Of a DNA stretch of 64,000 nt, positions 18,332-28,059 are shown piece by piece. The stretch is taken from positions 392 to 64,391 of the forward strand of contig CAYNQS010000010.1 of NCBI GenBank assembly GCA_964399485.1. Reading direction: 5' to 3'. The stretch is from an uncultured Candidatus Bathyarchaeia archaeon. Lineage in GTDB: Archaea > Thermoproteota > Bathyarchaeia > Bathyarchaeales > Bathyarchaeaceae. Made by a program: the position numbers and the translations under genes. The notes beneath the pieces were generated by a model. It made no database searches, was not told where the DNA came from, and worked only from the letters and a program-made list of their open reading frames with translations. Each line of letters begins with the position of its first letter. The first letter of the stretch is position 1.

Positions 18332-19192
18332 ATGATCCCACTGAAAAGAAACCTGAAAACGGTTCTCGCCGACAAACTTGAACCCCATCAACTAAAGCGG
18401 ATATACAAAACCTACGACATAGTCGGCGACATCGCCATAATCCGAGTTCCAGAAGCTCACAGGCATCTCAGCAAACTCATCGCCGAAGTAATCATGGGCA
18501 CCCACAGGGAAGTGAAATCTGTTTGGCGTCAAGTCAGCTCAGTTTCAGGCGATTATCGGCTACGCGGTTTAGAGTTTCTTTTAGGCGAAAAAACAACCGA
18601 GACACTCTACAAGGAGTATGGCTGCGTCTACAAAACTGACTTGAGGAAAGCCTATTTTTCGCCCCGGCTTTCCTATGAGCGGTTGCGGATAGCAAAACTG
18701 ATTCAGAGGGGGGAAGTTGTTTTGAACATGTTCGCCGGCGTAGGCTGCTACTCCATATCCATCGCTAAACACTCGCAGCCCCTGAAAGTCTATTCAGTAG
18801 ACGTCAATCCATCTGCAGTTCAGTATCTTCGCGAAAACATTCGACTGAATAGAGTTGCAGACGTGGTTGTTCCCATTCAGGGAGACGCAAAAAGGGTGAC
18901 AGAACAAGAGCTGCGGCACGTTGCCGACCGAGTTCTCATGCCACTGCCCGAAAGAGCCTACGAATACCTTGACTATGCCATGTTGGCGTTAAAGCCTGCG
19001 GGAGGATGGATTCACTATTACGGCTTTGAGTACGCAAACAAGAATGAAGATCCTGTAGAAAAGGCTGAGATGAAAGTTTCTGAGAAAATGTGTAGGCTAT
19101 GCAAGGAGTTTCAGGTTGAGTTTGGACGAATCGTGAGACCGATTGGTCCTCGATGGTACCAAGTGGTTCTGGACATCCATGTGAAGAACTAG
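18332..19192 (+). CDS. trm5: Trm5/Taw2-family SAM-dependent tRNA modification enzyme
   Basis: YDIVGDIAII, YFSPRL..ER.RI, NMFAGVG, DRVLMPLP. Confidence 0.85.
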   Translation: MIPLKRNLKTVLADKLEPHQLKRIYKTYDIVGDIAIIRVPEAHRHLSKLIAEVIMGTHREVKSVWRQVSSVSGDYRLRGLEFLLGEKTTETLYKEYGCVYKTDLRKAYFSPRLSYERLRIAKLIQRGEVVLNMFAGVGCYSISIAKHSQPLKVYSVDVNPSAVQYLRENIRLNRVADVVVPIQGDAKRVTEQELRHVADRVLMPLPERAYEYLDYAMLALKPAGGWIHYYGFEYANKNEDPVEKAEMKVSEKMCRLCKEFQVEFGRIVRPIGPRWYQVVLDIHVKN

Positions 19193-19255
19193 CCTAGGCA
19201 AATCGTTTATAGCCGTCTAACACTAAACAATACTAACAATCTGGAGGGACCAGCC

Positions 19256-19534
19256 ATCAGAAAGAAGTTAATGGATATCCTTGCCTGTCCAATCGACAAA
19301 CACTATCCCTTGGAGCTCCACGTTTTTGAGGAAAAGGAAGAGATTGTAGAAGGCGTAATAATCTGCCCCAAATGTTCGCGGTGGTATCCCATCAGAGACG
19401 AAATCCCTGAAATGCTTCCCGACGAACTGCGAGAAGAAAAAGATGAACTGCCCTTTATGAGAAAATGGAAACAAAAATTCCCCAAACAGATACTGACTGA
19501 AGGCAAACCCTTCAACCTCGGAAAAGAGCCGTAA
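19256..19534 (+). CDS. trm112: Trm112-like methyltransferase activator (ATG at 19271; possible ATC start at 19256)
   Basis: LMDILACPIDKHYPLEL...CPKCSRWYPIRDEIPEMLPD. Confidence 0.85.
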   Translation: MRKKLMDILACPIDKHYPLELHVFEEKEEIVEGVIICPKCSRWYPIRDEIPEMLPDELREEKDELPFMRKWKQKFPKQILTEGKPFNLGKEP

Positions 19535-19605
19535 AAGAAGAAACTAACACACCACAGATTTACTCTTAACTTATTGTTACAAAAAAATAGTGTGCTTTTT
19601 TGTTG

Positions 19606-19836
19606 TTATCCTTGTCGTTCGGGAAGTTTTGAGTAAGTTCCATCCTGTGTCCTGTAAACTGCTAGTCGTGCAACAGTTTCCCATTTGTCTTCGTCATTTC
19701 TTCTAAGCTGAACTGTGATAACTTCTGCTGTTGGGTCGGCTTTTCCAGGCCAGACGGTTAAACCAAGATAGTCCTGTTCATTTATGCGCGTGTAGAATCT
19801 TGCCTTTGGCTGAGATGGGCTCATTTGTTTCACCAC
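19606..19836 (-). CDS. Small hypothetical protein
   Basis: 76-aa beta-rich ORF with an AT-rich promoter-like region upstream. Confidence 0.65.
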   Translation of the reverse strand: MVKQMSPSQPKARFYTRINEQDYLGLTVWPGKADPTAEVITVQLRRNDEDKWETVARLAVYRTQDGTYSKLPERQG

Positions 19837-19945
19837 AAACCATTGGGTGTCTATACTTTTTATTTTTTTAGGATACGAGTGAACAAAAATAGCCTAAAAT
19901 CAAAGAAAGCTTCTGTTCCGCCAGTGATGCTTCTCTTATACAAGA

Positions 19946-21082
19946 TTACAGTAGCAGTATTACTCCGGAGACGGCAAATAAAGCTTCAACTGCTATGATG
20001 AAGAGCACAACGTCTCTTTCGTACACTTTTTCTTTCACTCTTTTCAGTACGCAGATGGCTATGTGTGTTGTGTCGTAGATGTGCTTATAGGGCAGCTCTA
20101 ATGAGCCGTCTTCGTTGGGTTTCGCGAAGGCTTGAACATCCCCCATCCTATCGACAACTCTGGCTCTCAAATACAGCAGCATTTCTAAGAAGTATGGGAT
20201 GAAGAGCCACAATGCGATTCTCTCCATGTTTCCCAGAATAGCTAGAGTGGCGATAAGGGCGCCAATAGCGTAAGTGAAGGAGTTGCCGGGAAAAACTTTT
20301 GCAGGATACCAATTGAAAGCCAGAAACGCAAGCAGACATACATAAACGATGAATGCTATAAACGCAATCCACAGTCTTCCAACAAGCAGTCCTGTGAAGC
20401 CGAAGACAGCGAAGATTACTAGACCCATGCCTGCCTCCAGTCCGTTATATCCGGCGAGAAGGTTGAATCCGTTTGTGGAGCCGATTACCCCCAATGGGAC
20501 AATCAACAGGGGATAGAGCAGCCCTAGGTCCACGTTGCCTAGAAATGGAAGCCCTATAACGGATTGGTCTACATACAAAACAGTCAAGGGAAGAGCTATG
20601 GGAACTGTGAGCAAAACCTTCTGAAGCTGACTTAGTCCCTCTTTCCACCCTAAAACATCGTCGATGAACCCTATGAACCCCGCCAGCAAAACCGTGGATG
20701 AGATGGCAAATACCTCAACAACATGCAATGGTTGGCTTCCAACCAGCGAGAAAGTTTTCAGGAAGATGTAAATCAGCAAAGCGAAGCAGATGACTATGGC
20801 AACAATCAATCCTCCTGATCTTGGAATTTTGGGATAGTCAGGTTTGTTCAGGTCCTTTCCTACGAGTTGTGCTGCGTTGGCTGTTTTGATCCATTTTCTT
20901 GTGAGAAACACAGTTAAACCGAAGCTGAACAACAGGACCAGCCCGGCAAGAATCAGTTCATCTAAATCAATGAACATGAAATCAAAGAAACCATCGAGAC
21001 TGGCGCTGAGAAATGTTGTAACAAGGGACAGCAAAGTGAAGAACGTTAACACCACCAATTTCTTAGCTTGCTTAAATTGCAT
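19946..21082 (-). CDS. UDP-GlcNAc:dolichol-phosphate GlcNAc-1-phosphate transferase (AglH/MraY/GT4 family)
   Basis: GKDLNK, GFIDD, NGFNLLAGYNGLE, FNWYPAKVFPGN. Confidence 0.9.
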   Translation of the reverse strand: MQFKQAKKLVVLTFFTLLSLVTTFLSASLDGFFDFMFIDLDELILAGLVLLFSFGLTVFLTRKWIKTANAAQLVGKDLNKPDYPKIPRSGGLIVAIVICFALLIYIFLKTFSLVGSQPLHVVEVFAISSTVLLAGFIGFIDDVLGWKEGLSQLQKVLLTVPIALPLTVLYVDQSVIGLPFLGNVDLGLLYPLLIVPLGVIGSTNGFNLLAGYNGLEAGMGLVIFAVFGFTGLLVGRLWIAFIAFIVYVCLLAFLAFNWYPAKVFPGNSFTYAIGALIATLAILGNMERIALWLFIPYFLEMLLYLRARVVDRMGDVQAFAKPNEDGSLELPYKHIYDTTHIAICVLKRVKEKVYERDVVLFIIAVEALFAVSGVILLL

Positions 21083-21139
21083 CTGTAACCTTAAAGACTT
21101 AAGCGTTGCCCATGAAAATGTGTTAACGAAAACAGTTTT

Positions 21140-22516
21140 TTATTTTGTCCAGACGCCTCTTCCGAATCCGCGGTACACAAAACCCGCCTTTTCTGCCTTA
21201 GCGGGATTGATGACTTGTCCCATATCCACCATGGCTGCAGGCTGTTTCATCAGCATCTGGGTTCTCTGCAGATTTAATCGTCTGAATCGGTCATGCGCCA
21301 CTGCCACAACTAAACAGTCTGCTCCCTCAACAGTCTTGGATAAAGTTGTCTCAGCGTCATAGCTCATCTCTGAAAGTTCTTTGTGAGAAAAGAAGGGGTC
21401 ATAAACTTTGACAGATGCGCCTCTCTTTTTCAGTTGGTTCACCAGTTTTTTTGTTGCAGAATTGGCTGCTCTCTTTCTGTTGGGGACTGAAGAGATGCCG
21501 AAGACTGCAATTTTTGATCTCCTTAAACTCTTTTGGCACGTTCGCAGAGCATCCCTTAGCAGACGTATTGCATGGTCCATTGTTTCATCGTTTATTTTTG
21601 TGGCCAACGACAACATGCGAAGCTTAACATCTACCGCTTCTGCCTCTTCAACCAGAAAATAGGAATCCCTTGATTTATGAAGCCCAGCCATCCTTGAAAA
21701 CCTTAGGGGATTAATTATGTTCCGCACCTTAACAAAATCTATTCCCGCCTTCTCGCAGAAGTGGGCGAACTCGTTTGCGAAGGCAATGTTAACGTCTTTG
21801 TATGATTCTTCCAGCAGCTTCACGGCTTCTGCTGTTTTTATGTCTTTTACGCGGACGATTTCTCCATTCGTGATTGTGTCCAGGATGAGGCATGCAACTT
21901 TCAGACTTCGTTTGGTGATGCCGCCAACAACTGTTGTGCAGTTTGGCACATCCTTTGAGAGGTGTGTTGAGTTATTCAGGGTGGAAGAGTATGCTAGACC
22001 GAAGTCTTTTCCAGCCTCTAATCCGGAGGCGGTTTCCAGAGTTTCTTTTGCCATGGTTTCAGTCATTCCTGGACCCATGGTGTTCTGGAAGATGATCAGA
22101 GAGCCTGCGGTTAGACTCAAGCCGATGTGTTTACATGTTTTTTCGAGCCGTGAATAGTCTGGTTTCTTTCTTTTGTCCAGAGCCGATTGGACGCCGATTA
22201 TTATGATGTTGCTTTCTGAGACTGCTTTTCTGAGGTTGGTTGTTGCCCTGAATCTGTCATTCTTTATGTGCGGTTCTATGAACTTGCGGAAATCGGTTTC
22301 AGTGAAGGGAGACTTGCCTTTCTGTAACTGGTGAACCGTGTGGCTGCTAGAGTCAACGCCAATAACGCTGAAGCCTGCTTCGATGAAAAGGCAAGCCGTA
22401 ACTAAGCCTGTTCTTCCGCAGCCCACAACACAGACAGTGTATTCTCGTCGCTTCTCCGGCGATTCCAAGTCTTTGCCTGCAAGCTTCATGACTCTAGACA
22501 TTTTTTTCTCCTCCAC
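21140..22516 (-). CDS. Nucleotide-sugar dehydrogenase homologue (WecC/Ugd family) with degenerate active site
   Basis: VVGCGRTG, AEAVKLLE..YKDVNIAFANE, YDP, AVAHDRF; the GGHC motif is absent. Confidence 0.85.
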   Translation of the reverse strand: MEEKKMSRVMKLAGKDLESPEKRREYTVCVVGCGRTGLVTACLFIEAGFSVIGVDSSSHTVHQLQKGKSPFTETDFRKFIEPHIKNDRFRATTNLRKAVSESNIIIIGVQSALDKRKKPDYSRLEKTCKHIGLSLTAGSLIIFQNTMGPGMTETMAKETLETASGLEAGKDFGLAYSSTLNNSTHLSKDVPNCTTVVGGITKRSLKVACLILDTITNGEIVRVKDIKTAEAVKLLEESYKDVNIAFANEFAHFCEKAGIDFVKVRNIINPLRFSRMAGLHKSRDSYFLVEEAEAVDVKLRMLSLATKINDETMDHAIRLLRDALRTCQKSLRRSKIAVFGISSVPNRKRAANSATKKLVNQLKKRGASVKVYDPFFSHKELSEMSYDAETTLSKTVEGADCLVVAVAHDRFRRLNLQRTQMLMKQPAAMVDMGQVINPAKAEKAGFVYRGFGRGVWTK

Positions 22517-22648
22517 TTCATTATTTACCTGTGTTATTAATACGTGGCGAACACTTTCGTTGCAAGCAGATTAAATAGCCGAAAAAATCTATCGGTTGAA
22601 TTTGACAAGAAACTGTAAAATTTTCAGGTTGCTTTTAAGTTGCTCGGT

Positions 22649-23743
22649 TTATATTATGCGCGTGGATTCTGGGGCGTTCTCTTTAACTTCTTTGGAGTGG
22701 CAGACGGTGACGTTTCTGGATAGGGTGAGGTTGTCTCTGATGATTACGTAATCGCCGATCACGCATCCTTCCATAATTCTTGCGCCTTTGCCTATTGCGG
22801 CTCCTTCCCCTATAACCGCGCCCCTTACTGAGGCATTATCCGAAATTGTTGCCTCTGGGAAAACCACAGAATTCTCTAGAGTAACGTTTCTGCCCAAAAC
22901 CGCGTCTCTTCCGATGATTGCGTAGGGTCCCAGTTTAGCGTTCTGTCCGACGGTAACTCCCTCGTCAACCATAACCGGGTCACTGAACTCCACTGCCTCA
23001 CTTATGTTAGCGTCCTTTCCGAGCAGCCGTTTTTCTGGTTCAGCGTCAAGCAGGATCCTGTTTGCCTTTAGGAAATCCATGGGTTTTCCAATGTCAATCC
23101 AGACTCGTTTGAATTCGTGACCGAAAAGTTTGCCCTCTTCTGCCAGTATCGGAAATACTTCATGTTCAATTGAGACTGGGCGCCCAGCAGGAATGTAATT
23201 GAAGATTTCTGGGTCCAGCACGTAGACGCCGGCGTTGATGAGGTTGCTGGGGGCTTTTCCTGGCGGAGCTTTTTCTACGAATTGGGTTATCCTGTTTTGG
23301 TTGGTTAGTTTCACGGTTCCATATCTGCTAGAGTCTTCAACCCTGTAGAGCGCTATTGTTGCAATCGCCTTGTTCTGTTTGTGTTTGTTTATGAGCGCCG
23401 TGTAATCGATGGTGGTGAATATGTCGCCGTTCAGGACCAGAAATGGCTCTTCGTAGCCGATAGATTCTTCGGCGTATTTGATGGCTCCGCCTGTGCGCAT
23501 GGGCTTCTTTTCCAGCGAATAGGAGATTTTGATTCCATGCTTTGTTTCGCCGTAGCGCTGCATGAAAGCTTCAGCCATGTATTTCACCGCCAAAGTAACC
23601 CCGTCTACTCCGGTTTCGGCTAGGCGTTCCATTGTCCAGTCCAGCAGAGGCTTGTTCAAAACGGGAAACAGAAGCTTCGGTCGAGTACAGCTTAATGGTC
23701 GCAGTCGGGTTCCTACACCTCCAGCCAGAATTATCGCCTTCAA
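22649..23743 (-). CDS. NDP-sugar pyrophosphorylase (mannose-1-phosphate guanylyltransferase-like) with hexapeptide repeats
   Basis: ILAGGVGTRLRPL...PK, NGDI, FVEK, WIDIG, C-terminal left-handed beta-helix. Confidence 0.92.
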   Translation of the reverse strand: MKAIILAGGVGTRLRPLSCTRPKLLFPVLNKPLLDWTMERLAETGVDGVTLAVKYMAEAFMQRYGETKHGIKISYSLEKKPMRTGGAIKYAEESIGYEEPFLVLNGDIFTTIDYTALINKHKQNKAIATIALYRVEDSSRYGTVKLTNQNRITQFVEKAPPGKAPSNLINAGVYVLDPEIFNYIPAGRPVSIEHEVFPILAEEGKLFGHEFKRVWIDIGKPMDFLKANRILLDAEPEKRLLGKDANISEAVEFSDPVMVDEGVTVGQNAKLGPYAIIGRDAVLGRNVTLENSVVFPEATISDNASVRGAVIGEGAAIGKGARIMEGCVIGDYVIIRDNLTLSRNVTVCHSKEVKENAPESTRII

Positions 23744-23875
23744 TCCGTTTCAGCTCTGAAACATTAGATGTGAGTTAGGTAAGTAAAAGTTTTTTGAAGG
23801 TTTTGCGGGTTAATCTTTAACTGGATAAGATTTAATTTGTGGCTTACAGGTATGTTATCTCTTGCTGCTTAGAAT

Positions 23876-23963
23876 GCGGGGGTTGCCAAGCCAGGTCAAA
23901 GGCGCAGCCCTGAGGCGGCTGTCCCATAGGGGTTCGTGGGTTCGAATCCCACCCCCCGCACCA
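23876..23963 (+). tRNA. tRNA-Leu(GAG), CCA encoded
   Basis: Acceptor GCGGGGG/CCCCCGC, anticodon stem CAGCC/GGCTG with loop CTGAGGC, long variable arm, T arm GTGGG-TTCGAAT-CCCAC. Confidence 0.97.
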
Positions 23964-24091
23964 TTATATCAAATAAATTCCTAGCCAGCTTTTTTTTGCT
24001 AAATAAGGAATAAAATGAGCTATTGGTTTGAGTTTGTTTCTCTATTTCAAAGAAGCTAACTAGCTAAAACATAGAATACCTTGTAATCAAG

Positions 24092-24319
24092 TCATTGTTG
24101 CTTTTCGTTTTTGCTAATTAAATAATATCTTCCGTCCTTTGTTGCAACAACACCAGAAGGTATGATTGTATTGGCACTCATTTTCAGCCACCTTTCATCA
24201 AGTTTGAGTTCTTTGGGTGTTTTAGCAGTCTCTTCAGAAGTAGCTCCCGCTTCTTTGAGTGCCTTTTTAGTACGCTCCAATACCCATGCTGCATAAGCTG
24301 CTACTGCCAATTGAATCAC
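24092..24319 (-). CDS. Small hypothetical protein
   Basis: 75-aa ORF; LKEAGATSEETAKTPKEL...TKDGRYYL, possibly a winged-helix-like fragment; SD-like GGAGGTG at the start. Confidence 0.6.
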   Translation of the reverse strand: MIQLAVAAYAAWVLERTKKALKEAGATSEETAKTPKELKLDERWLKMSANTIIPSGVVATKDGRYYLISKNEKQQ

Positions 24320-24472
24320 CTCCTTATCTTGTCAATCCAATTTCTCAGTTTTTAACAATTAAGCCTTAAATTTCATGTGTTATGTTTATATGGGTTTAGG
24401 TTTGGGGATTAAATTTTAGTCCTAAATCATAACAAACCCAGCAAATATTTTACTGGTAAATTTGGGTGGGGG

Positions 24473-24490
24473 TCCCACCCCCGCACCATT
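24473..24490 (+). repeat. Degenerate copy of the tRNA-Leu 3' end (att-like)
   Basis: tcccacccccgcaccatt versus tcccaccccccgcaccatt at 23947-23965 (one C fewer). Confidence 0.75.
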
Positions 24491-24500
24491 TCATATTTGA

Positions 24501-24549
24501 AGACTAATAATACGTCATTGTTGAAAAACAGCTTTTTTCTGAAAAATTC
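24501..24549 (+). repeat. Dispersed intergenic repeat related to 48341-48570
   Basis: ctaataa-n6-attgttgaaaaac-n3-ttttttctgaaa. Confidence 0.6.
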
Positions 24550-24615
24550 TTGAAGACAAATTCTTCATCGGTTCTTTGGAGAACCAAATTCCGCTGTCTC
24601 TCTTCGGGTGAGCAG

Positions 24616-24804
24616 TCACTTTCGGTTACGACTGGTTAACAGTAGAACCAGCCCTGCCGTGAAGAATATCGCTTCGAAGAATTCGTGGTGAAGAATATCG
24701 GCTAGATCAAAAATTCTTCCACTAACGAGGAGATGATGAAATAGAATCAGCAAGCCTACCAGCATGAAAACGAAACCCAACATTCTAGCACTAATTTTTT
24801 CCAC
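24616..24804 (-). CDS. Small membrane protein
   Basis: Two hydrophobic segments with HH and HHE motifs. Confidence 0.6.
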   Translation of the reverse strand: MEKISARMLGFVFMLVGLLILFHHLLVSGRIFDLADILHHEFFEAIFFTAGLVLLLTSRNRK

Positions 24805-24965
24805 ACTCCGTCAAAGTGAAATCCTGGAATTCATTTATAAAAACAGTGGTTCCCAAAAACCATGCAAAGCCATAATGTGCACACAACAAAAGTTGGCGCC
24901 CACTCCACTCGCTGATGCAAAGGTTTATTTTTTCAGGGTTTCACCTTAAGCAAGGGTGCAACCAA

Positions 24966-25568
24966 ATGAGGGAACCTTTCTCCGAATTTGTTAAAGCCGA
25001 GCTAAGCCCCGACATCCTGTTAATCACCTGCGGGCTTCCGGGAACATGGAAAACAGAGACATCCCAGGAAATCTCAAAAATCAAGGGACACCCAATCCTC
25101 AGAACCGACCTGATTCGCCTAGAAGTCCTCAAAAATGAGGATGTCTTTGACGCGAAAGTTGCAGGAAACATGAGCAAACGAGAGCTTGTCTACGATGAAA
25201 TGTTCGGACAAGCAGAAAATCTTGCCCAGAAAGGCAAAGGCGTAATATTGGACGCCACTTTTGTAACCCAGAAACTGCGGAGACGCGCCGCTGAAATAGC
25301 CGCAAAAACCAAGATACCTTTTGTTATCCTTCAGACAAGTTGCTCTGAAGACGCGTCCATTAAGAGAATCTTGCGGAGAACCAAAGAGAACTATGAATCG
25401 AACGCCTTGACCAAGGAAGCCTACATTGCCAACAAAAAGAAGTTTGAGCCCGTCGACTTGGATGACCTGAAGCAGAGGCATCCAAACCTTGAGATAATCC
25501 ACCTGACAGTTGACACCGAACACGACAACCCCGAAGACTGGTACATAATCGGAAAAGAAGTCAGGTAA
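24966..25568 (+). CDS. P-loop kinase (AAA_33 / COG0645-like)
   Basis: CGLPGTWKT, RTDLIR, VILDATF...R; start taken at ATG 24966. Confidence 0.85.
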   Translation: MREPFSEFVKAELSPDILLITCGLPGTWKTETSQEISKIKGHPILRTDLIRLEVLKNEDVFDAKVAGNMSKRELVYDEMFGQAENLAQKGKGVILDATFVTQKLRRRAAEIAAKTKIPFVILQTSCSEDASIKRILRRTKENYESNALTKEAYIANKKKFEPVDLDDLKQRHPNLEIIHLTVDTEHDNPEDWYIIGKEVR

Positions 25569-25582
25569 CTGGACTCAGATTT

Positions 25583-26455
25583 ATGATAATCGATTTGCAC
25601 ATCCACTCAAAAACCTGCTCCGACGGAAACTTGTCTGTCGAAGAAATCATTGAAGAAGCTAAAGCCAGAAACATTGAGCTAATGTCGATTACAGATCACG
25701 ACGCAATCGGATGCCAAAACCAAGCCAAAACTTTAGCACAAAAAAACGGAATCCACTACGTCTACGGCGTTGAACTAAACATAACCTTTTCACACCCCAA
25801 ATTCCTCAACGGCAAATCCGTCTCCTTAGACCTTCTAGGCTACCTATTCGACACAAACAACAAAGCCTTAACCAGCAAACTCCAGCAAATTGCAGAATAC
25901 CGCGAAGAACGTGCCGCAAAAATCCTAGAAAGATTAAACACAGAATTCAAGAAAGAAGGACTCAAAAACTTAACAAAAACTGATTTGATTGAGATTCAGA
26001 ACTCCGCTGACGGCGTGCTGGGAAGACCCCACATAGCAGACTATCTGGTGAGAAAAAAAATTGTCCAAAACAGGCAAGAAGCCTTCGACAAATACCTCGT
26101 AAAATGCAATGTTCCCAAGTATCCCCTCTACCTCGAAGAGGCTTCAAGTCTGCTGAGAAACGCTGGTGGCATAGCAGTACTAGCCCACCCCAACGACCCC
26201 TACGGAACCTCATTAGCAAAGTTGACTAAATCACTGCAGGAACAGACTGGTATAATCGAAGATTCGATGCTAACATACATTGACGGCATAGAGTGCTGGC
26301 ACTCCAGAAACACCGCCGAAACAACCAGACAGTATGTAAACTTTGCAAAAAAACATGGACTAACCATGACTGGAGGAAGCGACTGCCACCAGAAACCAAT
26401 CATAATGGGAACCGTCAAAGTCCCAGATTTTGTGGCTCAACAATTCATCAAATAG
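25583..26455 (+). CDS. PHP-domain phosphoesterase (TrpH/YciV-like)
   Basis: DLHIHS..SDG, ITDHD, GRPHIA, LAHP, GGSDCH. Confidence 0.92.
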   Translation: MIIDLHIHSKTCSDGNLSVEEIIEEAKARNIELMSITDHDAIGCQNQAKTLAQKNGIHYVYGVELNITFSHPKFLNGKSVSLDLLGYLFDTNNKALTSKLQQIAEYREERAAKILERLNTEFKKEGLKNLTKTDLIEIQNSADGVLGRPHIADYLVRKKIVQNRQEAFDKYLVKCNVPKYPLYLEEASSLLRNAGGIAVLAHPNDPYGTSLAKLTKSLQEQTGIIEDSMLTYIDGIECWHSRNTAETTRQYVNFAKKHGLTMTGGSDCHQKPIIMGTVKVPDFVAQQFIK

Positions 26456-27575
26456 AACGCCTTTCTGATCCCAACTGTCTCGCATAATCTGCAGCTAACT
26501 CAAAGTATGCCTTTGCCTCTTTCTTTGCTGCGCTCTTCTCCTCTTTATCCACGCTGGGGTCTTTCAGTTTAAAGCTGACGACTTTTCCTCGCACATAAGC
26601 TCTGTAGCACTTATAGAAACTAAGAAGTTTCTCTAACTCTCTGTCTCCCGAATAGTTGATGTATCTCTCCACAAAAAATTTGGACAAGTCACTTCGGTCT
26701 TTAAAGTCCAAATCCATGGCTAAGAAAGCAATGTCAGAGGCAACATCACAAAACCTGAATCTTTCATTAAATTCTATCGCATCGAAAATGTAAATCCTGT
26801 CCGCAACAAAAATGTTACCTGAATGAATGTCTCCATGGCACTCTCTAATTCGCTTCTCAGCCACTCTCTTCGCAAAAAAAGCCGCGTTTCCCTTCATGAA
26901 CTCACCTATTCTTGTACAAATTAACTGATAACTTTCCTTGGGTATCGTTTCGCCGATGAACTCCTCGCTTTGCTCAAAATTCTCCCTCCAATTCTTTTCT
27001 ATCATCGGCAAGGACCCAAACTCGCTTATTCTCTTGCTAGTTTTTGCTTTCAGGTGGAATTCGGCTATGATCCTCGCCATTCTGTCAACAAGTTTTCTAT
27101 CAACTTTTCCCTCTTCAAGAAGTCGAGTCATGATCTTTTCTTCAGGAATTCTCTTCATTTTCACGGCGTATTCAACGATTTCTCCTTCCCCGTTTATTTT
27201 GATGCTGTCTGATCTGTTGACGGGAACAACCTCAAGGTACATGTCCCCGCATAACCGCCTGTTGAGCTCCAGTTCTTTCTCGCAGAAAAAACGTCTCTTC
27301 TCAAGAGTTGAAAAATCTAAGAATCCAAAGTCTACGGCCTTTTTCACTTTGTAAACAAAATTTCCGGTTAAGAAAACAAATGATATGTGTGTTTGCTTCA
27401 GTTCGATTTGCTCCACTTCTTCTTCATAAGCTTCAGGCTTCATCAACGCTTCTACAACCTGCCTCTGAACCTTCTGGCTATCTCCAAACTTGTTGTGATT
27501 GGTGAGAGCCATTTTTTTGTCCGAATCTTCCAACGGGGTTGACAACCTTTCTGCTTTAGATAAAACTTTAACCAA
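26448..27575 (-). CDS. Aminoglycoside phosphotransferase-like kinase (COG2187-like)
   Basis: QTHISFVFL...YKVKK..DFGFLDFSTLEKR, RECHGDIHSGNI, FDAIEFN, YRAYVRGKV. Confidence 0.88.
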   Translation of the reverse strand: MVKVLSKAERLSTPLEDSDKKMALTNHNKFGDSQKVQRQVVEALMKPEAYEEEVEQIELKQTHISFVFLTGNFVYKVKKAVDFGFLDFSTLEKRRFFCEKELELNRRLCGDMYLEVVPVNRSDSIKINGEGEIVEYAVKMKRIPEEKIMTRLLEEGKVDRKLVDRMARIIAEFHLKAKTSKRISEFGSLPMIEKNWRENFEQSEEFIGETIPKESYQLICTRIGEFMKGNAAFFAKRVAEKRIRECHGDIHSGNIFVADRIYIFDAIEFNERFRFCDVASDIAFLAMDLDFKDRSDLSKFFVERYINYSGDRELEKLLSFYKCYRAYVRGKVVSFKLKDPSVDKEEKSAAKKEAKAYFELAADYARQLGSERRSI

Positions 27576-28059
27576 CTACCTAGATATATTTCACTGAGAA
27601 TCCGAGCAAAATTTGTGACTCGTCCCCGCGGTTTTTTGCTGGTGTCATATTGTAAGTTTTGATTCTGAATCTAATATGGACTATTATCAATAATTCATAC
27701 TCCAGTTTCATACAAGTTAAATCTGATAACAGAAAAAGACTTCATTGGCGCGTGGGGTTGGCGATCATACAGGGGACAAAACCGAAACCACATAAAATCA
27801 ATAGAGGCTTGGACACGCAAAAGGTGTTGACGAAAAGACCTATTGCGGATGAAACCAACTTGAACCAGAACATTCTGAAACAACTGGAAGTTTGTATCCA
27901 GAACCGTCTCAGTAGGCATGTATCCCAGAAAAACAATACCTGAATCCTAACCTGAAAAGAGCAGTCATATGGTACTCACATGCGTCTGAATGCAAAAAAT
28001 CATCCCTCCATTGAGCAGACACCCTACGCGCCATATAAGAGATCTGGAGTGAATCACCT

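Noticed and set aside
20844-22157. Long plus-strand ORFs opposite the glycosylation genes
   Set aside because: Antisense shadows with no motifs; the same applies to most short overlapping ORFs in the track
27659-27943. 94-aa ORF as a real gene
   Set aside because: No motif or clear translation signal; competing ORFs on both strands
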